A stretch of 60,516 nucleotides of DNA, counting the filler, from Sphacelaria rigidula (lineage: Eukaryota), in NCBI GenBank assembly GCA_964200075.2. It is 3 parts of 3 records of this genome, joined end to end, with 100 filler letters (N's around TTAATTAATTAA, not from the genome) between each part and the next. Parts side by side here need not be neighbours in the genome. Positions count along the whole stretch, not along the records: positions 20,218 to 40,322 come from CAXNAA020000568.1; 2 more parts are not named here. One strand, written 5' to 3'. Below are positions 25,201 through 37,480 of the stretch, in pieces (position 1 is the first letter of the stretch; each line of letters opens with the position of its first letter). The notes below the pieces were generated by a model. It saw only the letters and a list, made by a program, of their open reading frames with translations. It made no database searches and was not told where the DNA came from. The position numbers and the translations under genes are program-made.

Positions 25201-28200
25201 AGCTGCTGTGCACAGAATTTCTTGGCATAGGGACTGCTGATATGACGGACACACCGCCCCTCCAAACACATCATTCATGATTACATTCATGCGATCATGT
25301 TACGTGTCGTGAGCCTTGACTACTTATCACTTATGTGGTGGTCCGGGCAAATTCGGCGAGGTGTGAGATGATGTTGCTGCGTTGGCCACAGGCTGTCGCT
25401 ATCGTGCGCCCGTGTTTTGTACATGAATGTATGTGAGCGTTGCCGGCATCCGAGGTCATCGGGATAGGGCGGAGAAGGATCGGAAACAAATATACGAATC
25501 TCGCTAAGCCCCCCAGAATTCTCGGTTTTTGTAAATGTTGATCAATTTGTACAAAAATTTGAAAAATCACAAAAAAATGAAAAACAAAGTCGAAAATCAT
25601 GACTACTCCCGGAAAATTGCACTCGGGAGGTTGGGAGGGGGGCTCCGTGCCCGAAAAAAATCTCTCGACAGGCCTGTTGCTTCATAATATTCTTGTATCA
25701 CGAATGTTTCATGTCGGCGGCGTTTGTCTGTCATCATGCAACGATGTAAACCGATCAAAATAATGCTAAAACCAACTCTCTGATGGCCACGGCAAGCGAT
25801 CCGGGTCTCACGCTTATTTCTTGAGTGAGAAAGACGTGAATTCAACAGATTACTCAACCTGACGATGAAAGTTCTGAAGGCGGTTGGACTGTCCTGTTAC
25901 GGGGAGGTCGGAGTCTGTGGAACATCAGCTCGATACGTGCCGCCCGGAAAATATGCCGTCAACGTCATCTGACTGTATCGTGAATGGGTGTCTAGAAATG
26001 CCCTGAGCAGACGAATGAAGACAGATGACGCAAATCATCACAAATCGTTGCAATGAACACAAATACGTCTGGCGTGTTGTGTGAAAATATCGCAATAATC
26101 ACCGAGTCATTAAAGGTACTCACTCGACTGAGTGAGCGGCTCAGTGTTGATTGCAAAACCTCAACGAAAGTTAATCCCCCCGTGTCCGTTCCACACAGGA
26201 CAAAATATGGCCAACAGCTGCAATAGACAAAGGAATGTACTGCGCAAAGTGGAGGCCTATTGCGACTACTCGTTTTATCGGCCGACAATAGCTGCAATAG
26301 TCCTATACCCCACCATTTTTTTTGTCCATTGTAACCTTGACCACATTGTCCAAGGTGTGGTACGTTCAAATTGTTCGGCCTTGAAATTGAAGTTACGTTC
26401 CACCCCCGGGGTTGCTATCCCCCTAGTTAACGCTGCTAGATTGCGGGGTAAAGTGTGCCAAATTCTGGCCTAACACGCCTGCACCGGGTGACCCTGATAC
26501 GCTCCTTCATGTTCCTTTTATCGTGGGAAGAATCGAGAGGGTAACTGTTCCGAGAGTTCAACCTCTGAAGGTCGAGTGGAGCTCGTGGGACCATCGTGTT
26601 TGATCGTGAAAGATCTCCGGTCTCCGGCAGGCCAGGTGGGCGGGGTAAAGTTTACTTGCTAAATGGCCGACAGCAGTGAATATCCCGGGCGGGTAGGGGT
26701 TTCCTCGCTACATACCCGAAGCCAGGACTTTTCGCGGGACGGGACCAGACGAGTATTGTTTCCCGTTTCCTGAAAAATGACGAGATATGACGATCACTGT
26801 TACCGTTGTCTGCAAAGCGACGGAACGGGACGGGTTCTCGGAAAATTTATTCGAAACGGAACTCGTGACGTCCTCACGGAAAATACCAAATTCGTCCCGT
26901 GAGATGACGTCCCATCCTCACGGCACATTGCGTATCAACACCCCAAACCAAAAGCTTGTGACATCGTTGTATTCAAGAGAATTACGAGCTGAGCCAGCCT
27001 CAAAAACGGGTTCAAGCTCTCGAGGCAATATTTCATCGACACAGACGTGTCGAGTCATGACCCGCGTAATATCGTATTAATCGTCTCATGAAAGGGAAGG
27101 TGTCCATTTGCTTTCAAGACTCGGCCAATATTTCATCGGTGATCACACTCGTAGCCTACTAATTCTTATACCGTACGGAGATGGCTTCCATACCAGAATT
27201 CATATGAAACCCCGCACGATGCACCCAGCGGACGATGACGATTTTTTGTCTAGAAATTCGCTGGAAAACGAGCAGACGATAGGTACCTTCATCTTCACCT
27301 GATTCGTGATCTATCTCGAGATCTGGCGCACATGAGGTTCCATATTAAAATCAACATATTATGAGCAGAGGCACCGGATGCCATCAAATTCGTGTGAAAA
27401 AGCGCTAGTGCATTATACAACGAAAAAAACAGCTTTTTTCATTATTTTTCATTATTTTCGTTTCATGTCCTCTTTATTCTCCATACCAAATTCTAGGGTC
27501 CAACTCTAGGTATTGGACGACGAATGGGTCTGCAAACTATGAATCCGCCTCTGGGCTGGCCCAGCTGGTAGTAGCGGTTAATTTTTGGCGCCCGAACGAA
27601 GCAACCCAACCACAGCAACTTCAACCTAAAGGATGTGCTAACAGAGCAACCGCTTCTGCTATGGTAAATTTTCACTCGAGTGCCGAGGAAGCCAGCACCC
27701 CATCACTTGACTTCGTGGTTTCACCCAACGTCTCCCCCGAAATTTGGCGTTTACTCATGATCATGACGGCTCATGCCAGTAGTGTATCGTACTCACCGCT
27801 GGTTGGCTCACCAGCTTGCCCGTTGGTATTTTTATTCTTGTATTTTTGAGTTTACATAGCCCGGTTACACACATGAATGATGACCAGTGCTGAATGAAGC
27901 AAGCCACTTGAAACTCTCCCTCACGCGCTTGCTCTCGTCTGATCGTTGCATGTACACCGTTAGGTACGCCTACGATACCGGCCCGGAGAATCCTGGGCAG
28001 CTGAAGGTGAGCCTCTCGGGTGTGCCCGTGGATGGCGACTACTGGCTCGCCGGCTTGGGACCTGAAACCTTCGGGCCCGAGGGGCTGTACGAGTGGGCCA
28101 TCGTCACTGGCCCGTGAGTTTTGTTTCCCTCTTGCGATCCCACAGAAAACCCCCCAAAAAAACAAGCGTTTTTTTTCTTCTCATTCTTTCATACTGTACA

Positions 28201-31200
28201 CGTGCGAAAACTAAAAATATCATACTGGCGGAAAAGTAGATAGTCGCCAGTATGTTGTAAAGCTTGAACCAGAGTTCCAATATTCCCTTGGTCGATTGCG
28301 GTGCGCGACCTGTTCTTTTTGCATACAGGAATGACAAAGGAGGTGAAAAATATCTCTCGTACGCCCCCAAGTTCTTGGAAGTCGTTTAGATGTAAATTTA
28401 TATCGCTTGAAGTTTTTTTCCTCAACTTATTTTCGTCGCCAGGCTATTATTCATGGTAAAGTTTAAGGAAATGTTCAAAAGTAACATTTGGTCATTTTTC
28501 ACTCGAGTCCGGAGATATTGTTGAATTTGGCCTACTTTTAGGTCTCTTGTGCGTTCTCAAATTTGAGTTGAGAGCAAGACAAGAATTATCTTCTCGCTGG
28601 ATTCTTTGTGATCACTGCAACTTTTCATTTATTATTAATGGCCCAATAAAACCGTTTTTTCACTACCCATTTAGATTTGAGTTGGATGAGCTCGTCTCTC
28701 ATGCTAAGGGTTGGGGTTAGGGTTAGCCCCCCCCCACACACATGGTCTTATTGACTACGGCATGCATGGTCATGAGTACGTAGACACCTAGGTCCACCCA
28801 ATTCCGTTTCCTCATTTTCACTGCAGTGTTTGTCGTACTTTTATTCTCGCACCCCGCGTTTATGGTTTGCAGCTGAAATAAAAAACTCTTGCATTTTTTG
28901 TAGTCGGCGACTCGAGAAGTATTTTCGCGTGACACCGCTCATCTCAGGAAACGTTTGATTCAAAAGTTTGACGATCGGAACATGGAGCGTATCCGCTCGA
29001 CATTCCGAAACAAAATTATCTCTGCGGTCAACATTAAACGACTTACACGCCCACAGGTTTTCGGAGGTACTGCGACTACCCAGCCCTAGGTGTTGGGCTT
29101 GGTTAGTTTTGCTCGATTAAAACATTATCGATCGTGCTGGTGAACGAATTGCATGGGAATATTTTTTTTAGCTTTCACCTGTTCACAGTGCTTAGACTGA
29201 AAAACTGTGTGTTCTTTAACCGATGACGGTCGACAACACCTCCTGACGAAAGAGGTACTCACTCCGTATTACTTTCCCAACACCCGTTAACGCTAGGACT
29301 TTCACGTGCTAAGGGAGAACCACTGCACGATAAAATTTAGGAAAATACCCAACGAGAGTGGCCCAATCGATTTGAAAGCGCTAAGGGTTCAGCAGCAAGG
29401 GGTTGCAAAACACGAACACGTGTACACGGACACTCCGTCTCACTCACCCCCTGTCCCCCCCCTCATTCGTTCTCCCTGACCCGTGTAAGAGCCACGGAGG
29501 GGAGGAGAGCAGTGAAACTTGAGCAGGGTCCAGCTCATCGTTTCCTGGGGAGGGGGTTATCGAGTGTGCCGCGTACGTCATGGGTGTTTGGAGAGGCTTG
29601 TGTTCACGTCACGGCTACATCGTCAAAGTTCGAAAAATGAGTGGCTGATACAAGAAAAGAGAAGAGAAACGGGAAGTGAACAGGAATACTGCTCGATACC
29701 TCTTCCCCATCACAGCGATGTCCGTACCGGTTTGTTCCCGCCTATCACCTCTTGTTGTCTACGACGTTGTTACGAATGTAGGGACGCGATTACGCTCTTT
29801 GTCTTGGTTCGTGACGTGGAGAGCTTCGAAGCGATGTACGAGGCCGAGGTGCTGCAGCTTCTCCAAAGCCTAGACTTCACTGGACCGATCAAGGAGCCGA
29901 TCAGGGTCGTCCAGGAAGGCTGTCTGCCCTTCGATCCCAGCATGCTCGGCAGTTCCACTCCTTACACGGTGAGTACGGTGGAGGTCGTACTCGATCTACT
30001 CAAGATTTAGGTGGAGTATCTGAGGTTATACCTAAACTATCCGCAAGTTAGGTGACGTATGTGAGGTCGGACCCGATTTACCACCGCTGACCTTCCCATT
30101 TGGAGGTGTCACATGTGCGGCCAGTGGAGTCGCTCATTTCTGTAATACTTACCCAACATAACGTCTACTCGATCACTCAGTGAGGATGAGTAGAGTAGCG
30201 CTCTGTACTGAACGTGATAACGAGGTGGTGGACATGTATTGAGTACGTACTGCTGTCAACCTGCACCTTGTTGGCTCACACTCATCGTAACCCGTAACGT
30301 ACCGCCACTCATCTAGTTGACGGCCATTGTTTGCCCATGCGCTCAACACAGACTTTGAAGTGACGCCAAAAAGTTGCCGACAGTCACGGTTACTCGTCAT
30401 ACCCAAGTAATACTTCATACTCGAGTATTACCGAGTGCTTGATTCAAATTTGAGTATAGTATTTGATGTCGTACATCACCTACCCACAAATTGAGTAAAG
30501 TATTGAGGACATATCCAATTGATGCTCTATACTCGGGTGTTACCGAGAGGGGTACTCACTATTTGAGTAGAGTAAATACTTGGGTATTTTACTTGGGTTC
30601 TCGAAAGTACATACTCTACTCGACCTGCCCTTGCAACGGCTGCAGGAGACGAGGTACAGAAAGTATGCAGCATGGCCAGGATGTACTTTTTCCTCTTTTT
30701 TCGTTCGCTTTGTTTGTCTTCGCCGCCTATGCTCTCGTATGCCCGCTTTTCTGATCACGATCCTCTTCCGTTTTGCGTGGGAGGGTCATTTTCCGTCTCC
30801 ACTTGTCTATGCTTTGCTCTCGTGGTGTTTTGCCGTATGAAGCCCCCGACATCTTTAAGGGGCGGCGACACATCTCCGATCTCCAGAGTGACTACGATGA
30901 GCAGGCTTGCTCCCTTAGTGGACCGCGACATCGCCGACAGGATCATGAACTTCGAGAACTTGAACATGAACGTTGGAGAGGTGATGAAAACTTGGAAAAC
31001 TTGACCACGATCAATGCATGCGGTGTTTTTATCGAAGTTGGAGCGCACTTCATATATTTGCTCAGATGTTGGTCCTGTATATGTACATGAATGACGTTTA
31101 CATGCGAGGATAACTTTTCCCTGCCCAATCATACGTTGCTCGTTGGTTTTGCGGTGAAAAGGTTGACGATAACACTGTGTTAGCTCCCACGGTACATGCC

Positions 31201-34200
31201 GGAATGGTTCCTACGGGTCGGAGCTTCCCCACGAAAATTAAACGTATAGTTGATCGAAATGATACAACTTTGAGGAGAGTGGGGACGAAATCAACTCGAG
31301 GGTTCGGGTACCATCGAAGTGTCCGATTTTTGTCGATGAAAACGCGAAGGCGTGAGTGGCGAGAAAAAGAAGGAAGAGACGGGAATCGAAGCGATGAGGG
31401 AGGGTTGATCCTAACCGCGAGGTCAAGTTTCAAGGCGTGTACCAGGCGGAGGAGATATGGGGTGACCTTTTTTTGACACTGAGGCTTGGGAGTAGAACGC
31501 TGGAGGGATTGAAAAAGTCACAGCAACTTACAGGAAAATGGGGGAATGTCTTGAAGGTGTATACGATTTTGAGCACCTTGATTCTTCGTATTCGTGAACA
31601 CCCGCCTGTACTTGGACAGGGACGCTTTCGCGGACTCCCGCTGACCGGCCCCTGACGTTCGTGGGGCAACGCTGCTCATTATTCCGTGTGTTGATACCAA
31701 CTTGTAGCCCGGCTGTACTCGAGGTTATATATTGGGACACTGGCATCTGGAAGGGTCTCCTGGTGGACAACATCCTCGGAAGATATAATGATGCCTTATT
31801 CGGTTGTTGTATTTGTCTGCAGTAGACGGCTTTGCCAGGTAGGCTGCAAGGTATTTCCACCCGTCTTTATATTGCATATCGGCCTCCATCTCTTCCAGTA
31901 AGACCTGAATGAAATTAGGCAATGTGGTCCCAGGAGTTGAACTCAGGTTTGAAAAGAGATGGATGAGGCACATGAAACGAACTGGGGACGACATGTGCAA
32001 GCGTGACCTCAACCCTTTGGTTTTTATTTTCTGTTTTCCCTTTCGTGTACACATGTGTGACGCTCTGTCCCTCTCTCATCACCAATAATACACGGGTCTT
32101 CATTTGGCTCCCATCAGGCGGAGCGACGGATGTTGGTTACCGCATTCGTTCATCAGCTGGCGCAGGACGCGGAAGAGATAATCGCGGAGGTGTCAGGCGC
32201 GCTGTATTTCCCCGTCGAATCGGTCGACACATTCGACATCAACCGTTACACAGGGAGATGGTACCAGGTATTAGAAAACGGAAATGCGTCAGATTTATTA
32301 GATTGACCGTGGCGATGGTGGCACTTACTTTTATATCAAAACGGCTCTGACCGCCCCTCTGTGCCCGGTTCATATTTCTCGTCGAATTGGTGTTCGTGGG
32401 TGGAAAGTAGGGAGGGCGTTTACGTGACAGAGGGCGTGTTGTAGTGAGGGGCACCGACCGCTAGACCTCGCCGTGTTCCACTGCCTCCATTCGAGCTGGG
32501 CCAGCCTAAAAACGGATTTGACTTCCGAATGCAATATCTCATCGACACAGACCAAGTTGGGCCAAGATCGGCATATTGTTTTGATCGTCTAGCCAAGTAG
32601 AAGCTGCCCACCTGCTCAAAAGTTTGGGCCCGTATTTTTTCGTTGATTACAAGCCATGTCTGGTAATCCCTATAGCAAACGGAGATAACGTCCATATTGA
32701 ACTCTCTATCAAAAACTCCCGATCAATGCATCAGCGGATGGCGACGAATTTTGGTGTGGTCATTCCCTGGAGCACGGGGAGAAGACAGATACCCTCACCT
32801 TCACCTAATTCGTCCATCTATTTCGAGATATGGCGTACATGAATTTCCATTCTAGAACCACTAAATCACGAGCAGAGGCACTATTGCCCTAAATCTGGAT
32901 ATCGCGTCTCAGCTTTTGAGAGTTCGATGAAATTTCGTATGTAAACTGGTGGTGAATTATGACGTGAAGAACAACTTTTTCGCTTTTTTTCGTGTTTTTT
33001 CGTGTCTTCGGGGGAGTTTCGAGGATGAGTGAACATTGGTCTTGGGTCTCATCTCGATGTTGTACCTCCATTTTTTTAATTTGATTTGAAACTTGGCATG
33101 GAAAACCGCGAAGGCGTGCCCAATACAATTTTTTTTTTTTTTTAAATTTCCTCATGGAGGTTTGTTCTCGTGAAAAAATGGTCTTCGACGTACTCAAACG
33201 CCCTGAATCAGTCGAGAAAATAATTGGAAGAAACCTCGACACTGTGAGTTTTGTTGATGATGCCTCAGAGAGCGCCCACACAAAATTATACACGAAAACC
33301 AAACGTGGGCCGGTGAATGGCCTCCGAGATACTGTTGCGAATTTGTACCGACTCGGTTTTCGAGAGGCTCATGCCAATATTTAGGGTTTAGCGTAAAATT
33401 TGATATGGGCAATGTATAGGACATGAAAAGAGAAATACGTCTTGTGTACCGGAAGGTTTTGCGTTTTTCATTAGTTGAGGGCAATCATCACTTTCCAGGA
33501 ATCAGTAAAATGCAACTCACGGACCAAAAAAAAAAGTTTCGACACCGACGCAATTTTTTTCATACCCCATGCATTGTCCATACCGAAATTTACGCTCCAA
33601 CTCTGAATATATATTGGCCGGACGGAGCATGGGCCTGCAAACTTCGAACCTGTCTCTAGGCTGGCCCAGCTCGTATGACATCCAAAAGTGTTGCAGCCAA
33701 ATGCACCATATTTGAATCGCGTACAACTTTTTGTCTTGGGCGGGAGCTCTTGAAAGTAAGGCGTCGCGTCACTGAGATGATGAGGGGTTTTCGTGGGTTG
33801 GACCCCGACATTGTTTGAGAGCAAGGCCGGCGAACGCTCGAGGCGCCTGCCTACCCCATATGACTGCCGCGTCTAGCCGAGTCTCCGAGTAATCGGCACA
33901 CGAACCCGCTTGCGGGGTAAGTAAGTGTTGGATCGGGGTTTCTACTCCCTTCAAGGGAGACTCAACACAAATGTTGTCGATGGCCTACTCGTGGATATTT
34001 TAGGCTGGTGTTCATGCTCCGCAGGGAATCGGCGCCATCATGCTTATTTTCCGATCGTATTTTTTTGTTCCAAGCGTGCAAAGTGTGGCTGGCTGGGTAC
34101 CTCCAGCGACGCTGTATCTTCGTCCGCTCTTGCAATTCCTGGCTTTTTTTTTTCATCACGAGAAATGATAGCTGTACTGTCGTATGATCGGGCTTGGTGT

Positions 34201-37200
34201 CGCTTTGTTGGAACATGTCGTGAATAATGAAGTGGTGCCGGCTTTCCTCTTCCTTTTATTTTTTTGACGCGAAGTTTGCCTCTGAAATGTTGTATCGCTT
34301 GTTATGACGCAGTGCACACGCACCACACATCGGGGGCGATTCCCGCGTACGAAGGGTTGCCGCACGCATCGCATATCTCGGCTTGTGCGTGCGGTACATG
34401 ATACACGGCGGATACCTGATGTTACCATGTCTGATACAGCTACAGTTCGCCTTCTGCTGCTTTTTGTAGCATGTTGGATTTAATGCGCAAACTGTACGCT
34501 TTGTCGGTATCTGTGTACTTTTGCGAGTCGCCGAGTCCACATGATATCAGCACAAGAAAGCCTGATTAAACTCAGTGGTGAATGATCCTTGGGGAAGTTT
34601 CGAAGGTCGGATAGAGAGTGATTCGCATAAAGATAACCTGCTTTTAGTATAATTGCCTCGCACCGTATGAATCAACCTGTGAGCTTTGTTTTTAGCGGTA
34701 TGCCCCACGTGCGCGCGCCCCATGATTCTATACTCTAGGTCATGCATGAGAAACCATAGGTTTAGTTATTCGAAGCAGCGATGATTCGATTTTTCTTGAA
34801 AAAATAATTGGCATCTCGTGCGGGAGCTATCGTGTGACAGACCAAACCGGAAACATTCACGTCAGCATATCCAATGATGCAAGTGTCGGAAACATGTCGT
34901 CTGCTGTGTGTGGCTGTGTTGTTCACTCTTTTCGTCCGTGAACTAATGATCTCTCCGTGGTCAGGCCTACTCGTCATACACGGTGGAAACTTTGCTGGAG
35001 CAAAAGGGGGCATGCGTGACAGCGGACTACGCTCTCAATGCTGATGGCACCATCTCCGTGACTAACACAGCGAGGTACAGTACGGCAGTGCAACTGAATA
35101 TAATCGTTGGCATACAGGTCGGCCCCACTGCCACTAACTACTACAGACGGGGGGGGGGGGAAACAGTATCCAAGGCAAACGGCACAAAGACGACGTTCCC
35201 TTCTATCGTAAGACCGCTCCGGAGTGCCCCGCGCGGTGTGGTGGACATACGGGTATTGTCATTATCCCGCTTTCTGTTCGGTCATATTCTATATCGTTTC
35301 GTGCCGGCTGTCACGGAACAGATTGATGAAATGTTCATTGTGTCGGGAATCCTTATTAAGGGTGTCCTGGAATAAAGTATGCGCGTTGCACGTTACTGAC
35401 CACCAGTGTAAGACCAGAGCAAGGATACGTGTTTCGACACTCAAGTCGTCGTGGTTCGAAGTTTACGCCTGAAAAAGCAGGTGCCTGGGGAAAGACCCGC
35501 AATGACGTACGGGATGTTTGGAACCCTTGAAATACGGGGCTGTCACTGTATCGGGTTGAAGCTCCCCACCCAATACGATTGCTAACATTGCGTTGAATAT
35601 CTGCGGACATGACACCGACTCGTGAAGAAGATGTTCCCTGGTACTAACTTACCCACATCTCCCCCGTCTCCAGTCTCCAGTCTCCAGAGAACAAATGGTT
35701 TCGATTGGCCAATCCAACAAATTCTCAGAAGTGTAAGGAACATCGATTACTGACGGGGAGCTGTACCCCGTTGGAAGGCGCTTGATCGGTTACAATTTCC
35801 CCCTCGTGTCTAGCTAAAACTTTTGTATTCGCCCAAACTGTGAGGTGTATGGAATCATACCTGCAGCTGCGGGTGAACTACTCGCGCGGGTACGTCGTAT
35901 GGGTCGTCGGGGACTGTATATGATGTTCGACAAATGTGAAGGGTTTTGGCAAAACAAATGTGAGATGAATATGATGTGGAAAGCGAGAGAGGTCACGATT
36001 GGTCTTGATGACTGCTCGCGGTATCCTTGTTGCCGAAAACAAGCCACGAGTAGTACTTGACAATAGTGATCTGCGATAGGGTCAGCACTTTTACGGCTTG
36101 AGAGGAGAATCGTTAAGAACCCGTTATCTCATCCAAAACACGACTTTCGAAATAGGTGAGAGCACGCCAGGGTTTTTCTTCCAATTTGCTAGGGATATCC
36201 CGAATGAATTTGCAAACGGGGATATCCTGACCCATATTCTTGCGTAGTTCCTAATTGTTGGGAACCCCTGAATCAGGCCGGTTTTGGCCCCAAAAGTGCA
36301 GACCCTATCGCGGCATCACTCACAAGAAGAGCCCGCAGAAAGTCGATTTCATACATTGATGCCTCCAATAGTTGTTCTGTCTTCAACTTGTAGGCACAAA
36401 TTAAGAAATCATAGGGGTATGAATGAACGCACCGCAGGTTTTACTCTAATATTGGATCCAAAAGTTGTGTGAAATGATAGCCTCTCCATTGAGACCGCTC
36501 GCCGCTCCTGTCCCCCCGGTCCCGACCCGTTACGATCGCTCCTTCGGCAGGGCCGACGGCGTGAATGGCAACCTGGTGGAGATGAAGGGGGTCGCCTACA
36601 GCGCTGACGACGCGGAGCCGGGGCAGCTGATGGTGAAGCTCGATGGCATACCCATCGACGCGCCTTACTGGGTTCTTGCTGTCGGAGACGAGAATGGCGT
36701 AAGTCTGATCGTACATCTTTTTTCTCATATGGTGATCGTATTTTCATGGATTCATCGTCCACATAGTGGCATCACCCGCCGGTACCGTACTATCGGTTCG
36801 GTTCCTTTAGCCTCCCGCCGTCTCTTCTTGGTTTGGAATTTAAGGTCGATGACTCAACCCTGAGCTCTCACTGGGAGGTTGCTCCGAGAAAAAAGACGAT
36901 GGTGGTGTGTATGAGGGTGTGTGTCGACACAAATGTATGAATCCCTTGTCAGCTTTTGTACAGTTCGAAGAAACAGTCGAGAGTTTTTTTTCGCGACGTT
37001 TTGTTGGCCATGAGTTCCCCGTACGAGATTGACGACATTTTCATATCCCAAGTGCTCTTCTATAATCCACGGTCAGGGGAACGTGGGGTCCGGGCCGCGC
37101 GAGAAGTAACTGCGATGAAAATCCGATTTTTTCTTCGATAACATGTCCCTCTCCCCTCTCGTTTCCTTCCGTTGTCCGACTTGTTTTTTTATACTTATTT

Positions 37201-37416
37201 CTCGCTAACCAGAGCGGACCGTACCCTTGGGCCATCGTGTCCGATCCGTTGCGAGCTTTCCTGTTTGTGCTGGTCCGCGATCCGGGAGTGTTGTCCTGCG
37301 GCTCACAAGTAGCGAGCGATCTTATCCAGCTGTCCGAAAATCTTGGATTCACCAACTTTTGGAACACTCCCCGCGGCACGGTCCAGGAGGGCTGCACCTA
37401 CACGAATGTAGTATAG
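22238..37416 (+). CDS. Secreted tandem double-domain lipocalin (ApoD/Blc-like); 9 exons, 407 aa
   Basis: join(22238..22360,23301..23372,24272..24351,27964..28113,29782..29968,32118..32267,34965..35074,36551..36698,37213..37416) = 1224 nt with consistent phases. Intron 1 donor is GC (CAG|GCAAGT). Signal peptide MRNSVLFVAAASLLGWKAPGTSA. Domain 1: VDSFDKNKYLGKWFQ...CVAADYGL...PGQLKV...DYWLAGLG...YEWAIVTGPDAITLFVLVRD...QEGC. Domain 2: VDTFDINRYTGRWYQ...CVTADYAL...PGQLMV...PYWVLAVG...YPWAIVSDPLRAFLFVLVRD...QEGC. Confidence 0.88.
26985..27568 (+). mobile_element. MITE family M, diverged 584-bp copy in lipocalin intron 3
   Basis: TA-CGAGCTGAGCCAGCCTC ... GGGCTGGCCCAGCTGG-TA. Shares ATCGACACAGAC and GAGCAGAGGCAC internal blocks with the 32492 copy. 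Confidence 0.78.
32492..33673 (+). mobile_element. MITE family M, long copy (1182 bp) in lipocalin intron 6
   Basis: Same TIRs; left flank is TT and right flank is TA. Left part is collinear with the start of the 54814 copy and right part with its 3' portion. Confidence 0.82.
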
Positions 37417-37480
37417 TTACAGTACAGGATGCCAGGAGGGCTGCACCTACACAAGTGTAGTACAGTTACGGTACAGAATG
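37383..37480 (+). repeat. 49-bp tandem duplication spanning the lipocalin stop codon
   Basis: CCAGGAGGGCTGCACCTACACGAATGTAGTATAGTTACAGTACAGGATG followed by CCAGGAGGGCTGCACCTACACAAGTGTAGTACAGTTACGGTACAGAATG. Confidence 0.9.

Noticed and set aside
28706-28725. GGGTTGGGGTTAGGGTTAG telomere-like motif
   Set aside because: Only two to three units; too short to call an interstitial telomere.
11863-37416. LPMO plus lipocalin as a functional gene cluster
   Set aside because: Both appear secreted and are co-oriented, but a scaffold gap separates them and nothing in the sequence links their functions.
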